From: an uncultured bacterium
GTDB taxonomy: Bacteria; Omnitrophota; Gorgyraeia; Duberdicusellales; CBEUCJ01
Assembly: GCA_965541615.1 (NCBI GenBank)
Contig: CBEUCJ010000002.1
Coordinates: 31,795-95,794, forward strand
Reading direction: 5' to 3'
DNA: 64,000 nucleotides
Below the pieces are notes generated by a model. That model saw nothing but the letters and a program-made list of their open reading frames with translations. It had not been told where the DNA came from and made no database searches. This document shows, in pieces, positions 51,182 to 60,407 of the stretch (within the stretch, counting starts at the first letter, position 1; each line of letters begins with the position of its first letter). A program made the translations under genes and the position numbers.

Positions 51182-52128
51182 TGAACAGGATCCTAATTAC
51201 AGGTGGAGCAGGTTTTATTGGGAGTAATTTAGCTGAAAAGTTAATAAAAAAAGGTGAATATGTAATAGTCATAGACAATTTTTATACAGGAAAAAAAGAA
51301 AATATTTTTCATCTTCTAAAAGAACCTAATTTTAAATTTATAGAACACGATATAATTTTGCCTTTAAAATTAGAAGACGAAAAAATAAATCAAATTTATC
51401 ATTTAGCTTCTCCAGCTTCACCTGTTCATTATCAAAGAGACCCAATTAAGACCATAAAAATAAATATACAAGGCACTATCAATGTTTTAGAACTAGCAAA
51501 GAAAACACAGGCTACTGTATTATTTTCTTCTACTTCAGAGGTATATGGAAACCCCCTAGTACATCCTCAACCAGAAAGTTATTTAGGAAATGTAAATTTT
51601 ATAGGACCGAGAGCTTGTTACGATGAAGCAAAAAGATTAGCTGAAACTTTAATGATGGAATATTACAGAAGACATAAAGTGAAGATAAAGATAGTAAGAA
51701 TATTTAACACCTATGGTCCTAGAATGGCTCCTGATGATGGAAGAGTAGTAAGTAATTTCATAATTCAAGCTTTAAAAGGAGAGTCTTTAACTGTTTATGG
51801 AGATGGGAGTCAAACTAGATCCTTTTGTTATATAGATGATATGATAGATGGTTTGATAAAGATGATGCAAGCAAAAGATTTTTTGGGCCCTGTAAATTTA
51901 GGAAGTCCTAAAGAGTTGAGTATTTTAGATTTAGCAAAATTAATTTTAAAACTCACAAAAAGCAATTCTAAATTAGTATTTAAACCTTTACCACAAGATG
52001 ATCCTGTAAGAAGATGTCCAGATATTAGTTTAGCCAAGAAAGAGTTAAATTGGCTTCCAAAAATAGATTTAGAAGAGGGCTTAAAAAGAACCATAGAATA
52101 TTTTAAAGAGAAGTTAAAGAAAGATTAA
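51181..52128 (+). CDS. UDP-glucuronate decarboxylase (UDP-xylose synthase / ArnA-decarboxylase-like)
   Basis: 315 aa; [30 protein letters not shown] catalytic motif typical of UXS. Confidence 0.8.
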   Translation: MNRILITGGAGFIGSNLAEKLIKKGEYVIVIDNFYTGKKENIFHLLKEPNFKFIEHDIILPLKLEDEKINQIYHLASPASPVHYQRDPIKTIKINIQGTINVLELAKKTQATVLFSSTSEVYGNPLVHPQPESYLGNVNFIGPRACYDEAKRLAETLMMEYYRRHKVKIKIVRIFNTYGPRMAPDDGRVVSNFIIQALKGESLTVYGDGSQTRSFCYIDDMIDGLIKMMQAKDFLGPVNLGSPKELSILDLAKLILKLTKSNSKLVFKPLPQDDPVRRCPDISLAKKELNWLPKIDLEEGLKRTIEYFKEKLKKD

Positions 52129-52130
52129 AA

Positions 52131-53474
52131 ATGAAGATAGCTATCATAGGTACAGGATATGTAGGATTAGTCACTGGAGTATGTTTAGCTGAGATAGGAC
52201 ATAAAGTTATCTGTTATGATAAAGATGAGAAAAAAATAGATCTTTTATTAGAAAATAAAATGCCGATTTATGAACCTTTTGTAGATAAATTAGTTATAAA
52301 GAATAAAGAAAAAAACAGACTGTATTTTACAAAAGACTTAACAGAAGCAATTAAATTTGCAAAGGTTATTTTTATATGCGTAGGGACCCCTCCCTTAAAA
52401 AATGGAGAAGCAGATCTATCAGCTATAGAAGATGTGACTCAAAAGATCGCTCAGAATTTAGATTCTTACAAGTTAATAGTTGAAAAGAGTACTGTTCCTG
52501 TGCAGACTAATCTTTGGGTAGAAAAGACATTGAGACTTTATGGAAAGAAAAAAGCAGAATTCGATATTGCTTCAAATCCTGAATTTTTAAGTGAAGGAAG
52601 AGCTGTTTATGATTTTTTGCATCCTTGGAGAATAGTAGTTGGAGTTAAAACTAAAAAAGCAGAAAAAATTTTAAGAGAAATTTATAAACCCATTGTGGAG
52701 AGAAAATTTAATTGTCCCATTCATAAAAAAGGATGTCCTTTAAAAAACAAAGTTCCCTTTATAGTTACTGATATTAATTCAGCTGAATTAATAAAACACG
52801 CTTCTAACTCTTTTTTAGCTATGAAGATATCTTACATAAATGCTTTAGCTGATATCTGCGAAAAGACAGGAGCTAATATTAAAGATGTAGCTTTAGGTAT
52901 GGGATTAGATCCTAGAATAGGAAAAGAGTTTTTAAGAGCAGGTATTGGATTTGGAGGGTTTTGTTTTCCAAAGGATCTACAGGCTTTTATTAAAATGGCT
53001 CAAAAATACAATTACGATTTCAAATTGCTTAAAGAAGTAGAAAAGATAAATCAGGATAGAATCAAAAGAGTTATGGAGAAGTTAAAATCTCATATTTGGA
53101 TATTAGAAGGAAAACTGATAGGAGTTTTAGGTTTAGCTTTTAAGCCTGATACAGATGATATAAGATTTTCTCCTGCTTTGAAAATTATAAAGAACTTAAT
53201 TAAAGAAAAGGTAAGAGTTAAAACTTATGATCCAAAAGCTATGGAAAAAGCAAAGAGAGAATTACCTCAAATAGAATTCTGTTCAGATCCTTATCAAGTA
53301 GCAAAAGACAGTGAATGTTTAATAATTTGTACTGATTGGAAAGAATTCAAAGATTTAGATTGGAAAAAAATGAAAAAGTTGATGAAGAGGCCTTTTATTT
53401 TAGATGGAAGAAATATGTTAGATAAAGAGTATCTTAAAGATTTAGGATTCGAATATGTAGGATTTGGCATCTAA
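52131..53474 (+). CDS. ugd: UDP-glucose 6-dehydrogenase
   Basis: 447 aa; IAIIGTGYVGL, catalytic GFGGFCFPKD. Confidence 0.85.
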   Translation: MKIAIIGTGYVGLVTGVCLAEIGHKVICYDKDEKKIDLLLENKMPIYEPFVDKLVIKNKEKNRLYFTKDLTEAIKFAKVIFICVGTPPLKNGEADLSAIEDVTQKIAQNLDSYKLIVEKSTVPVQTNLWVEKTLRLYGKKKAEFDIASNPEFLSEGRAVYDFLHPWRIVVGVKTKKAEKILREIYKPIVERKFNCPIHKKGCPLKNKVPFIVTDINSAELIKHASNSFLAMKISYINALADICEKTGANIKDVALGMGLDPRIGKEFLRAGIGFGGFCFPKDLQAFIKMAQKYNYDFKLLKEVEKINQDRIKRVMEKLKSHIWILEGKLIGVLGLAFKPDTDDIRFSPALKIIKNLIKEKVRVKTYDPKAMEKAKRELPQIEFCSDPYQVAKDSECLIICTDWKEFKDLDWKKMKKLMKRPFILDGRNMLDKEYLKDLGFEYVGFGI

Positions 53475-54132
53475 ATACTCATGTATGATTGAAGAAAATG
53501 TAGCAAGGCTACTTAGAGAGTTACCGCAAAATGTCCTTCTGTGTGCAGCTACTAAAGGTAGGACTCCCCAAGAGATTCTGAGAGCTATCGATTCAGGCGT
53601 AAAAATAATAGGAGAAAACTATATTCAAGAAGCTGAAAAGAAATACAAAATTATTGGTAAAAAAGCCAGTTGGCATTTAATAGGTCATCTTCAAAAAAAC
53701 AAAGTTAAAAAAGCAGTCAGACTTTTTGATATGATCCAGACTTTAGATTCTGTAGAGTTAGCTTGTTTAATAGATAAAGAATGTCAGAAAATAAGAAAGA
53801 CTATGCCTGTTCTTATAGAGATAAATATTGCCAAGGAACCTCAGAAAGCAGGTATTTTTCCAGAAGATTTAGATTCTTTTGTTAAAGAAATAATAGATTT
53901 GAAAAATATTAAAATAATGGGGTTAATGACCATGGGACCTCTTTTAGAAAATCCACAAGATATAAGACCTTATTTTAAAAAGACAAGAAAGTTATTTGAA
54001 GAAATAAAGAGTAAATATAAAAAATTAGATTGGAAATACCTTTCTATGGGTATGAGTCAGACTTATAAAATAGCTATTCAAGAAGGAGCAAATATTGTGA
54101 GGATAGGGACAGCTATCTTTGGAGAAAGATGA
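53464..54132 (+). CDS. yggS: PLP-binding YggS/PROSC family protein
   Basis: 222 aa; alanine-racemase N-domain-like single-domain protein; LCAATKGR and HLIGHLQKNK motifs. Confidence 0.8.
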   Translation: MASKYSCMIEENVARLLRELPQNVLLCAATKGRTPQEILRAIDSGVKIIGENYIQEAEKKYKIIGKKASWHLIGHLQKNKVKKAVRLFDMIQTLDSVELACLIDKECQKIRKTMPVLIEINIAKEPQKAGIFPEDLDSFVKEIIDLKNIKIMGLMTMGPLLENPQDIRPYFKKTRKLFEEIKSKYKKLDWKYLSMGMSQTYKIAIQEGANIVRIGTAIFGER

Positions 54133-55088
54133 ATTTAAATCAGAGCAAGATCCTCTTTATTCGTTCAGATAGATTAGGAGAATTTTTATTAAGTTTATAC
54201 GCTATTAAATTAGTCAAAGAGAATTATCCTCAAAGCAAGATTCTGGTATTAGCAAAAAAAGATAATATAGAGGTAACCAGAGGAATAGACTTTATAGATG
54301 AATTTATAGAGTACAAAAAAGATTTTGAAAGTTTAAAAGGAGTAATAAGTTTAGTTAAAATACTCAAAAGTAAGAGACTCAAATGCGTGGTAGCTTTGAA
54401 TCCTAAGAAAGAGTTTCATTTAGCATCTTTTTTGGCAAGAGTCCCTGTAAGAGTAGGTTATGATAGAAAATGGGGTTTTTGTTTAAATAAGAAGATCGAA
54501 GATAAAAAATATTTAAATAACATGCATGAAGTCGAATACAACATAGAATTGGTCTCTTTAATATGTAATAAAAGATGCATTCCGCAATTAGAATTTCCTT
54601 GTGATGGTCTTAACACACTAAGTTTTCTGTGTAAAAAAGGATTAGATTTAAGGAAAAAATACATAATTGTACACCCTTTCAGTTCTAATCCTCATAAAAT
54701 CTATCCTCCTTTTCAGACCAGCATCCTTATTAGAAAGATAAAAGAGATTTATAAAAAAGAAGTTATATTGATTGGATCTCAAGAATTTTTTTCGTATTCT
54801 TGTGAAATAGAAAAAAATTTTTCTAATTTCATAAATTTGTGTGGATTGACTTCTTTAAGAAACTTATGTACACTCTTTAAATACAACTGTGAAGTATTGA
54901 TTTCAGTAGATTCAGGACCTATGCATTTAGCTTCATTTTTTAAAAACAAGATAATAGGATTATTTAGTATAAGCTCTCCTAAAAGATGGGCACCTTTTGG
55001 CACTCAAAGTTTAGTTATCAAAAGGGATAAAATAACAGATATAAAACCACAAGACATTTTAACAGCTTTATTAGATTTTTTAAATTAA
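54129..55088 (+). CDS. GT9 family glycosyltransferase (LPS heptosyltransferase-like)
   Basis: 319 aa; KILFIRSDRLGEF N-terminus and ISVDSGPMHLA motif. Confidence 0.7.
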   Translation: MNLNQSKILFIRSDRLGEFLLSLYAIKLVKENYPQSKILVLAKKDNIEVTRGIDFIDEFIEYKKDFESLKGVISLVKILKSKRLKCVVALNPKKEFHLASFLARVPVRVGYDRKWGFCLNKKIEDKKYLNNMHEVEYNIELVSLICNKRCIPQLEFPCDGLNTLSFLCKKGLDLRKKYIIVHPFSSNPHKIYPPFQTSILIRKIKEIYKKEVILIGSQEFFSYSCEIEKNFSNFINLCGLTSLRNLCTLFKYNCEVLISVDSGPMHLASFFKNKIIGLFSISSPKRWAPFGTQSLVIKRDKITDIKPQDILTALLDFLN

Positions 55089-55093
55089 ATTTT

Positions 55094-55702
55094 ATGCAGG
55101 ATCTAAACTTTTCAAGATTAAATAGAAATTTCTTTCAAACAGATCCTGTAAGTTTAGCAAAAAAGTTATTAGGAAAAATTTTGGTAAGGGTAATCTGTAA
55201 TGAGATAATTTCAGGAAAAATAGTTGAAGTTGAAAGTTATTTGGGTGTAAATGATCCTGCTTGCCATGCTTATAAAGGAAAGGTTACAAATAGAAATAAA
55301 GTTTTATATGAAGAAGCAGGAAAAGCTTACATATACTCTGTATACAAAAATTATCTTTGTTTTAATATTGTAGCTAATAAGAAAGGTATACCAGGTGCAG
55401 TTTTTATAAGAGCTGTAGAGCCTTTAGAAGGAATAGATTTAATGAAAAAATTTAGAAACGTTAATGATATAAAAAATCTTTGTAATGGACCTGCAAAGTT
55501 ATGCCAGGCATTTAACATTACAAAAGAATTTTATGGAGAAGATTTAACTCAAAGTAAAAGATTATTCTTAATAAAAGGAGAAGATATCTTACCAAACATG
55601 ATAGTTAAAAGAAAAAGAATAAATATTGATTATGCAGGCAGAGCTAAAGACTGGTTGTTAAGATTTTATATTAAAGGTAATAGGTTTATAAGCAAAAGGT
55701 GA
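55094..55702 (+). CDS. DNA-3-methyladenine glycosylase (Mpg/AAG family)
   Basis: 202 aa; FFQTDPVSLAKKLLG...VEVESYLGVNDPACHAYKG typical of MPG. Confidence 0.8.
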   Translation: MQDLNFSRLNRNFFQTDPVSLAKKLLGKILVRVICNEIISGKIVEVESYLGVNDPACHAYKGKVTNRNKVLYEEAGKAYIYSVYKNYLCFNIVANKKGIPGAVFIRAVEPLEGIDLMKKFRNVNDIKNLCNGPAKLCQAFNITKEFYGEDLTQSKRLFLIKGEDILPNMIVKRKRINIDYAGRAKDWLLRFYIKGNRFISKR

Positions 55703-55711
55703 GGTGAAGAA

Positions 55712-57220
55712 ATGAAAGTTTGGATATTCTTATTATTCTTTATAATTTCATTTAATTGTTTCCCTTTTACTCTTGTAAGAAATTTAAAAGAGTCAGATTT
55801 TTATCTTATCTCTCAGGATAAAAAAGGATCATTTTATTTAGTGAGTAAAAGTTGTGTATATAAAGGAAAGCTCAGATCTTCTTTATGGAAAAAAGTATTT
55901 TGTAGTCCACCACAAGATTTTATAACAGATATTTTTTTAGATAGAGTTTGTGTCTATATAGCGACTAAAAGCAAAGTTTACTTCTCAAAAGATGGTGAAA
56001 ATTTTAATATAATTTTCAAGGTATTCCCAAAAATAAAGATTAACTGTGTATTTAAGAAAGAGGATAAGATTTATATAGGAACTACAGAAGGACTCTATTT
56101 TAAAGATGGAAATAAATCTGGTTGGAAAAAATTAAATTTTCTTCAAGATGTAAACATTTTTCAAATAATTTCAAACAAACAAAATCTAATCTTAGCTACA
56201 GATCATGGAGTATTCATTTCTAAAGATAGTAAGATTTTTGAGAAAAGATTCGTAGTTCAAAGTATAGAATCATCTGAAAGTAACCTGATAGAAGAAAAAG
56301 AAAAAAATTTATGCATTCCTATCTTTATAAAAGTAGATGAGTATGACACAAATAAAATTTATTTAGCAACGAGTTGTGGATTGTTCGTTTCTAAAAATAG
56401 AGGTTTTAATTTTAAGAAGATCTATTTAAAAAATTTGTTTTCTGTTCCAATAAACTGTATAGCTCAAACTGCAAAGGATGAGATAATTTTAGCTACAGAT
56501 AGAGGATTGTATAAAGTAGATTTAAATGAAAACTATGCTAAGAGATTATATCAAGGAATAACTACAAATATAATAAGATGGGTATTTGTAGATAGAAATG
56601 GTAAAATTTTGATAGCTACTCCTAAAGGAATTTTTGTAAGTAGCACTACTAATTTCAAAAATAACATTCTTTCTAGCACATTTAATTCTTATCTTTTTGC
56701 ACCTGAACCAGATATTTTAACTCTTCAAAAAGTAGCTTTAGAATGGAATGAGGTCCATCCTGATAAAATTAAAAAATGGAGAAAGGCTTTATTAAAAAGA
56801 GCTTTGTATCCTACTGTAAACTTAAAGGTAGGAGGTAGTTGTAGCGACACATATGAAATTTATACTAGTAGCACTAAATCCTATTATGTGTTAGGTCCTC
56901 TTCAAAGAGATATAGATTGGTCTGTTAGTATCTCTTGGGATTTAGGAGACTTAATCTGGAGTCCTTATGAAAAAGATATAGATTCCAGATCAAGACTAAA
57001 TACTCAGTTAAGATTAGATATTTTGAATGAACTCAATAGGCTTTATTTTGAAAGAAAGGCATTGAAAGAAGAGTTATTAGAAAAGAGCTCTTCTTTAAGT
57101 AAAGAAGAACTTCAAAGGAAAATTTTGCTTTTGGAAGAGTTAACAGCTAATTTGGATGCTTTGACAGGAGGATATTTTTCAAAAAAATTAAAAGAGAGTT
57201 TTGAAAGATGCAAAAAATAG
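55712..57220 (+). CDS. secreted repeat protein (BNR/Ycf48-like beta-propeller blades) with C-terminal coiled coil
   Basis: 502 aa; signal peptide; at least four repeats of the form ILATDxGxFxSKD (LILATDHGVFIS, YLATSCGLFVS, IILATDRGLYK, ILIATPKGIFVS). Confidence 0.35.
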   Translation: MKVWIFLLFFIISFNCFPFTLVRNLKESDFYLISQDKKGSFYLVSKSCVYKGKLRSSLWKKVFCSPPQDFITDIFLDRVCVYIATKSKVYFSKDGENFNIIFKVFPKIKINCVFKKEDKIYIGTTEGLYFKDGNKSGWKKLNFLQDVNIFQIISNKQNLILATDHGVFISKDSKIFEKRFVVQSIESSESNLIEEKEKNLCIPIFIKVDEYDTNKIYLATSCGLFVSKNRGFNFKKIYLKNLFSVPINCIAQTAKDEIILATDRGLYKVDLNENYAKRLYQGITTNIIRWVFVDRNGKILIATPKGIFVSSTTNFKNNILSSTFNSYLFAPEPDILTLQKVALEWNEVHPDKIKKWRKALLKRALYPTVNLKVGGSCSDTYEIYTSSTKSYYVLGPLQRDIDWSVSISWDLGDLIWSPYEKDIDSRSRLNTQLRLDILNELNRLYFERKALKEELLEKSSSLSKEELQRKILLLEELTANLDALTGGYFSKKLKESFERCKK

Positions 57221-58224
57221 CTTTGATATTAGCAGGTGGGAGAGGCAAAAGGTTATTTCCTTTAACTTTAGAAAAACCAAAATTTTTATTGAAGATAAAT
57301 AAAATTACACTTTTAGAATCAACTATAGAGAGGATACCTCTAAAAAAAGAAAACATTTTCATAGTAGGAGAAGAAAAGTTCAAAAAATATCTAAATGAGA
57401 TATTAAAAAAAACAAAGATTCCTCTTTCAAACTTGATCTTAGAACCTCTATCAAAGAATACACTCCCTGCAATTCTTTTAAGTTTACTTGAACTTAAAAA
57501 AAAATTTTCACAAGATACTGTAATTTCGATTTTACCTTCTGATCATTTTGTTAAGGGAAAAAAGATCTTTGAAAAACAGTTACTCTCTGCTTACAGATTT
57601 TCAGAAAAATTTGACAGTATAATTTTGTTTGGATTAAGACCTAAAAAATTTGATAAAAATTTTGGGTACATACAAGTAAAAGATAATTTGAAGACTTCTT
57701 TAAAAATAGTCAAAAGGTTCATAGAGAAACCAAAAAGAAAATTAAATTTGAGCTCTCTCTTTTTAAATCTGGGAATATTTACTGGTAAGATAAAAGTTTT
57801 TTTATCAGAGATTAAATCTCATCAAAAAGATTTTTTTGAAAAATTCTTAGAATATTACAAAAATGGACAATTAAAAAAAATTTATAAAAAGATACCTTCA
57901 CTTCAAATAGATAAGAGTGTCTTAGAAAAAAGTAAAAATCTATTGCTCATTCCTGCCAAATTTAGTTGGAATGATATTGGAAACTTTCTTTATTTAGATA
58001 GATTTTTTAAAAAAGATTTTAAACAGAATTATTTTGAAGGAAGAGTATTTCCTTTTAAAACTACCCATACTACATTAATTTCAGATTCTAAAGAAGAATT
58101 TTTTCTTTTAGGATTAAAGGATATTTTCATAGTAAAATATAAAGATAAGATTTTAATTAGTAAAAAAGATAAACTTCCTGAACTTAGAGAGCTTTTAAAG
58201 ACTTATTATGAAAAAGGAAATTAA
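57208..58224 (+). CDS. sugar-1-phosphate nucleotidyltransferase (mannose-1-phosphate guanylyltransferase-like)
   Basis: 338 aa; ALILAGGRGKRLFPLT N-terminal NTP-transferase motif. Confidence 0.65.
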   Translation: MQKIALILAGGRGKRLFPLTLEKPKFLLKINKITLLESTIERIPLKKENIFIVGEEKFKKYLNEILKKTKIPLSNLILEPLSKNTLPAILLSLLELKKKFSQDTVISILPSDHFVKGKKIFEKQLLSAYRFSEKFDSIILFGLRPKKFDKNFGYIQVKDNLKTSLKIVKRFIEKPKRKLNLSSLFLNLGIFTGKIKVFLSEIKSHQKDFFEKFLEYYKNGQLKKIYKKIPSLQIDKSVLEKSKNLLLIPAKFSWNDIGNFLYLDRFFKKDFKQNYFEGRVFPFKTTHTTLISDSKEEFFLLGLKDIFIVKYKDKILISKKDKLPELRELLKTYYEKGN

Positions 58225-59335
58225 CTTAAAAGATATAAAGAGAATTTTAATCGTTAATCCTTTTGGAATAGGAGATGTTTTGTTCACAACTCCTTTAATA
58301 AGAAATTTAAGACATTATTTTCCTAAGAGTTACATCGCTTATCTATGTAATAAAAGGACTCAATATATCTTAGAAAATAATCCTTATATAGATGAAGTCT
58401 TTGTCTTTGAAAAGGATGAGTTTAGACAACTATGGAGGAATTCAAAGATAAAGTTTTTTAAAGAAATCTCTAAATTTTTAAAAAAATTGAAAAAAAGAAA
58501 TTTTGATTTGTGTATAGATTTATCTTTAAATGCACAATACGGATTTTTTCTAAAATTTTTAAAGATTCCGTATAGAGTAGGTTTTAATTTTAAAAACAGA
58601 GGAAGGTTTTTAACACATCCTATCCCTATTCTTGGATATGAAGATAAACACGTAGTTGAATTTTATCTTGATGTAATGAGGTACTTAAACCTTGAGCCTC
58701 AAGATTTTTATTTAGAGTTATTTCTAAAAGAAGAAGATAAAAAATGGGCTGAAGATTTTTTAAAAGACAAAGCAGTTAAAGCTCCTTTAATAGGTATTTG
58801 TCCTGCTGGAGGAGAAAGTTGGGGGAAAAATAGATTTATGAAGTATTGGGCTCCAGAAAAATTTTCAGAGTTAATAGAGAGGATTAATAAAGAATTAAGA
58901 GATGCTACAGTGATTTTGTTTTCTTCTAAGTCTGAAAGAAGACAAGTCTTACAAATTTTAAACTTAATAGATAAAAAGAAAGTAATAGATTTATCTGGAA
59001 GAACTTCTATTGGAGAATTTTTTTCTTTGATAAGCAAGTTAGATCTCTTAATTACTAACGATGGAGGTCCTCTCCATGTAGCAGTCGCTTTAGGGGTTCG
59101 GACTATCTCTATTTTTGGTCCTGTCGATGAAAAAACATATGGTCCTTTTCCGCCAGATGATACTAAGCACATAGTAATAAAAAAAGATTTATCTTGCAGA
59201 CCTTGCTATAGAAAGTTTAAAATTCCTATATGTAAATATGGCAGAAGATGCCTAAATGATATAAGACCAGAGGAAGTCTTTGAAGCTGTTAAGAAATTAA
59301 TGAGAAATGAAGATAAAGTTCTTAGATTTAAATAG
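58208..59335 (+). CDS. GT9 family glycosyltransferase (heptosyltransferase-like)
   Basis: 375 aa; ILIVNPFGIGDVLFTTPLIRNL and TNDGGPLHVA motifs. Confidence 0.75.
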   Translation: MKKEINLKDIKRILIVNPFGIGDVLFTTPLIRNLRHYFPKSYIAYLCNKRTQYILENNPYIDEVFVFEKDEFRQLWRNSKIKFFKEISKFLKKLKKRNFDLCIDLSLNAQYGFFLKFLKIPYRVGFNFKNRGRFLTHPIPILGYEDKHVVEFYLDVMRYLNLEPQDFYLELFLKEEDKKWAEDFLKDKAVKAPLIGICPAGGESWGKNRFMKYWAPEKFSELIERINKELRDATVILFSSKSERRQVLQILNLIDKKKVIDLSGRTSIGEFFSLISKLDLLITNDGGPLHVAVALGVRTISIFGPVDEKTYGPFPPDDTKHIVIKKDLSCRPCYRKFKIPICKYGRRCLNDIRPEEVFEAVKKLMRNEDKVLRFK

Positions 59336-60407
59336 GATACATTCAAATTTAAGCAAAAAATTTTTAATTATTTTTAAAAGACATTTAAAAAATTCAGATT
59401 TTATATTAGGTAAGGAGCTCTTAAAATTTGAAAGAGAATTTGCCAAATATTGTGGAACTAAATACTGTGTAGGGGTAAGTTCGGGTACAGATGCTTTAAG
59501 ACTCTCTTTAATCAGTTTGGGAATTAAAAAAGGAGATAAGGTCATAGTCCCTGATTTTACATTCATTGCTACAGCTACAGCTGTGGTCCATGTAGGAGCA
59601 GAGCCTGTATTTTGTGATATTGAAGAAGATACCTTAGGAATAAATCCTTTTGATTTAGAGAAAAAAATAACTTCAAAGACAAAAGCTATTGTTTGTGTGC
59701 ACTTATTTGGAAATCCTTGTAATATTAAAGAGATTCTAAAGATAGCTAAAAAATACAATTTAAAAGTCATAGAAGATACTTCTCAAGCCCATGGAGCTCA
59801 GGTAGACAATAAAAAAGTAGGAAGTTTTGGGGATTTAGGTTGTTTTTCTTTTTTTCCTTCAAAAAATTTAGGAGCTTTAGGAGAAGCAGGTTGCATAATT
59901 ACAGATAAAAAGAAATTATATGAACATATTTTAAAATTGAGAAATTGTGGAAGAGATTTCAGAAATGATTTTACTGAGTTAGGTTTCAATAATAGATTAG
60001 ATACCCTACAAGCAGGTTTCTTAAGGATTAAGTTAAAATATTTAGATAAATGGAATCAAGAGAGAAAAAGAATAGTTAGCTGGTATAAAAAATTTCTTAA
60101 ACTTAAAGAAGTAAAATTTTTACCTGAAGAAAAATATGGAACTTGTGTGTACCATATACTTTCGATACTTTGTAAAAGGAGAAATGAATTAGCTGATTTC
60201 TTGAAAAAGAAAGGCATAGAGACCAAAATTTATTATGAGAAACCTTTACATTTACAGCCCTGTTTTAAGTTCTTAGGGTACAAGAAAGGAGATTTTCCTA
60301 TTTCAGAGAAAATTTCCAAGAATATTCTTTCTTTGCCTTTATATCCAGGTTTAAGATTTGAAGAAGTAAAATTTATATGTGAATCGATAAAGAGGTTTTA
60401 CCAATGA
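59307..60407 (+). CDS. DegT/DnrJ/EryC1/StrS family sugar aminotransferase
   Basis: 366 aa; fold-type I PLP enzyme with ...SFFPSKNLGALGEAG... region typical of DegT. Confidence 0.85.
   Translation: MKIKFLDLNRIHSNLSKKFLIIFKRHLKNSDFILGKELLKFEREFAKYCGTKYCVGVSSGTDALRLSLISLGIKKGDKVIVPDFTFIATATAVVHVGAEPVFCDIEEDTLGINPFDLEKKITSKTKAIVCVHLFGNPCNIKEILKIAKKYNLKVIEDTSQAHGAQVDNKKVGSFGDLGCFSFFPSKNLGALGEAGCIITDKKKLYEHILKLRNCGRDFRNDFTELGFNNRLDTLQAGFLRIKLKYLDKWNQERKRIVSWYKKFLKLKEVKFLPEEKYGTCVYHILSILCKRRNELADFLKKKGIETKIYYEKPLHLQPCFKFLGYKKGDFPISEKISKNILSLPLYPGLRFEEVKFICESIKRFYQ

Noticed and set aside
58708-59770. Two antisense ORFs (154 aa and 157 aa) opposite the GT9 and DegT genes
   Set aside because: Both fall inside confidently called sense-strand genes, have no start-site signals and are compositionally biased; treated as spurious.
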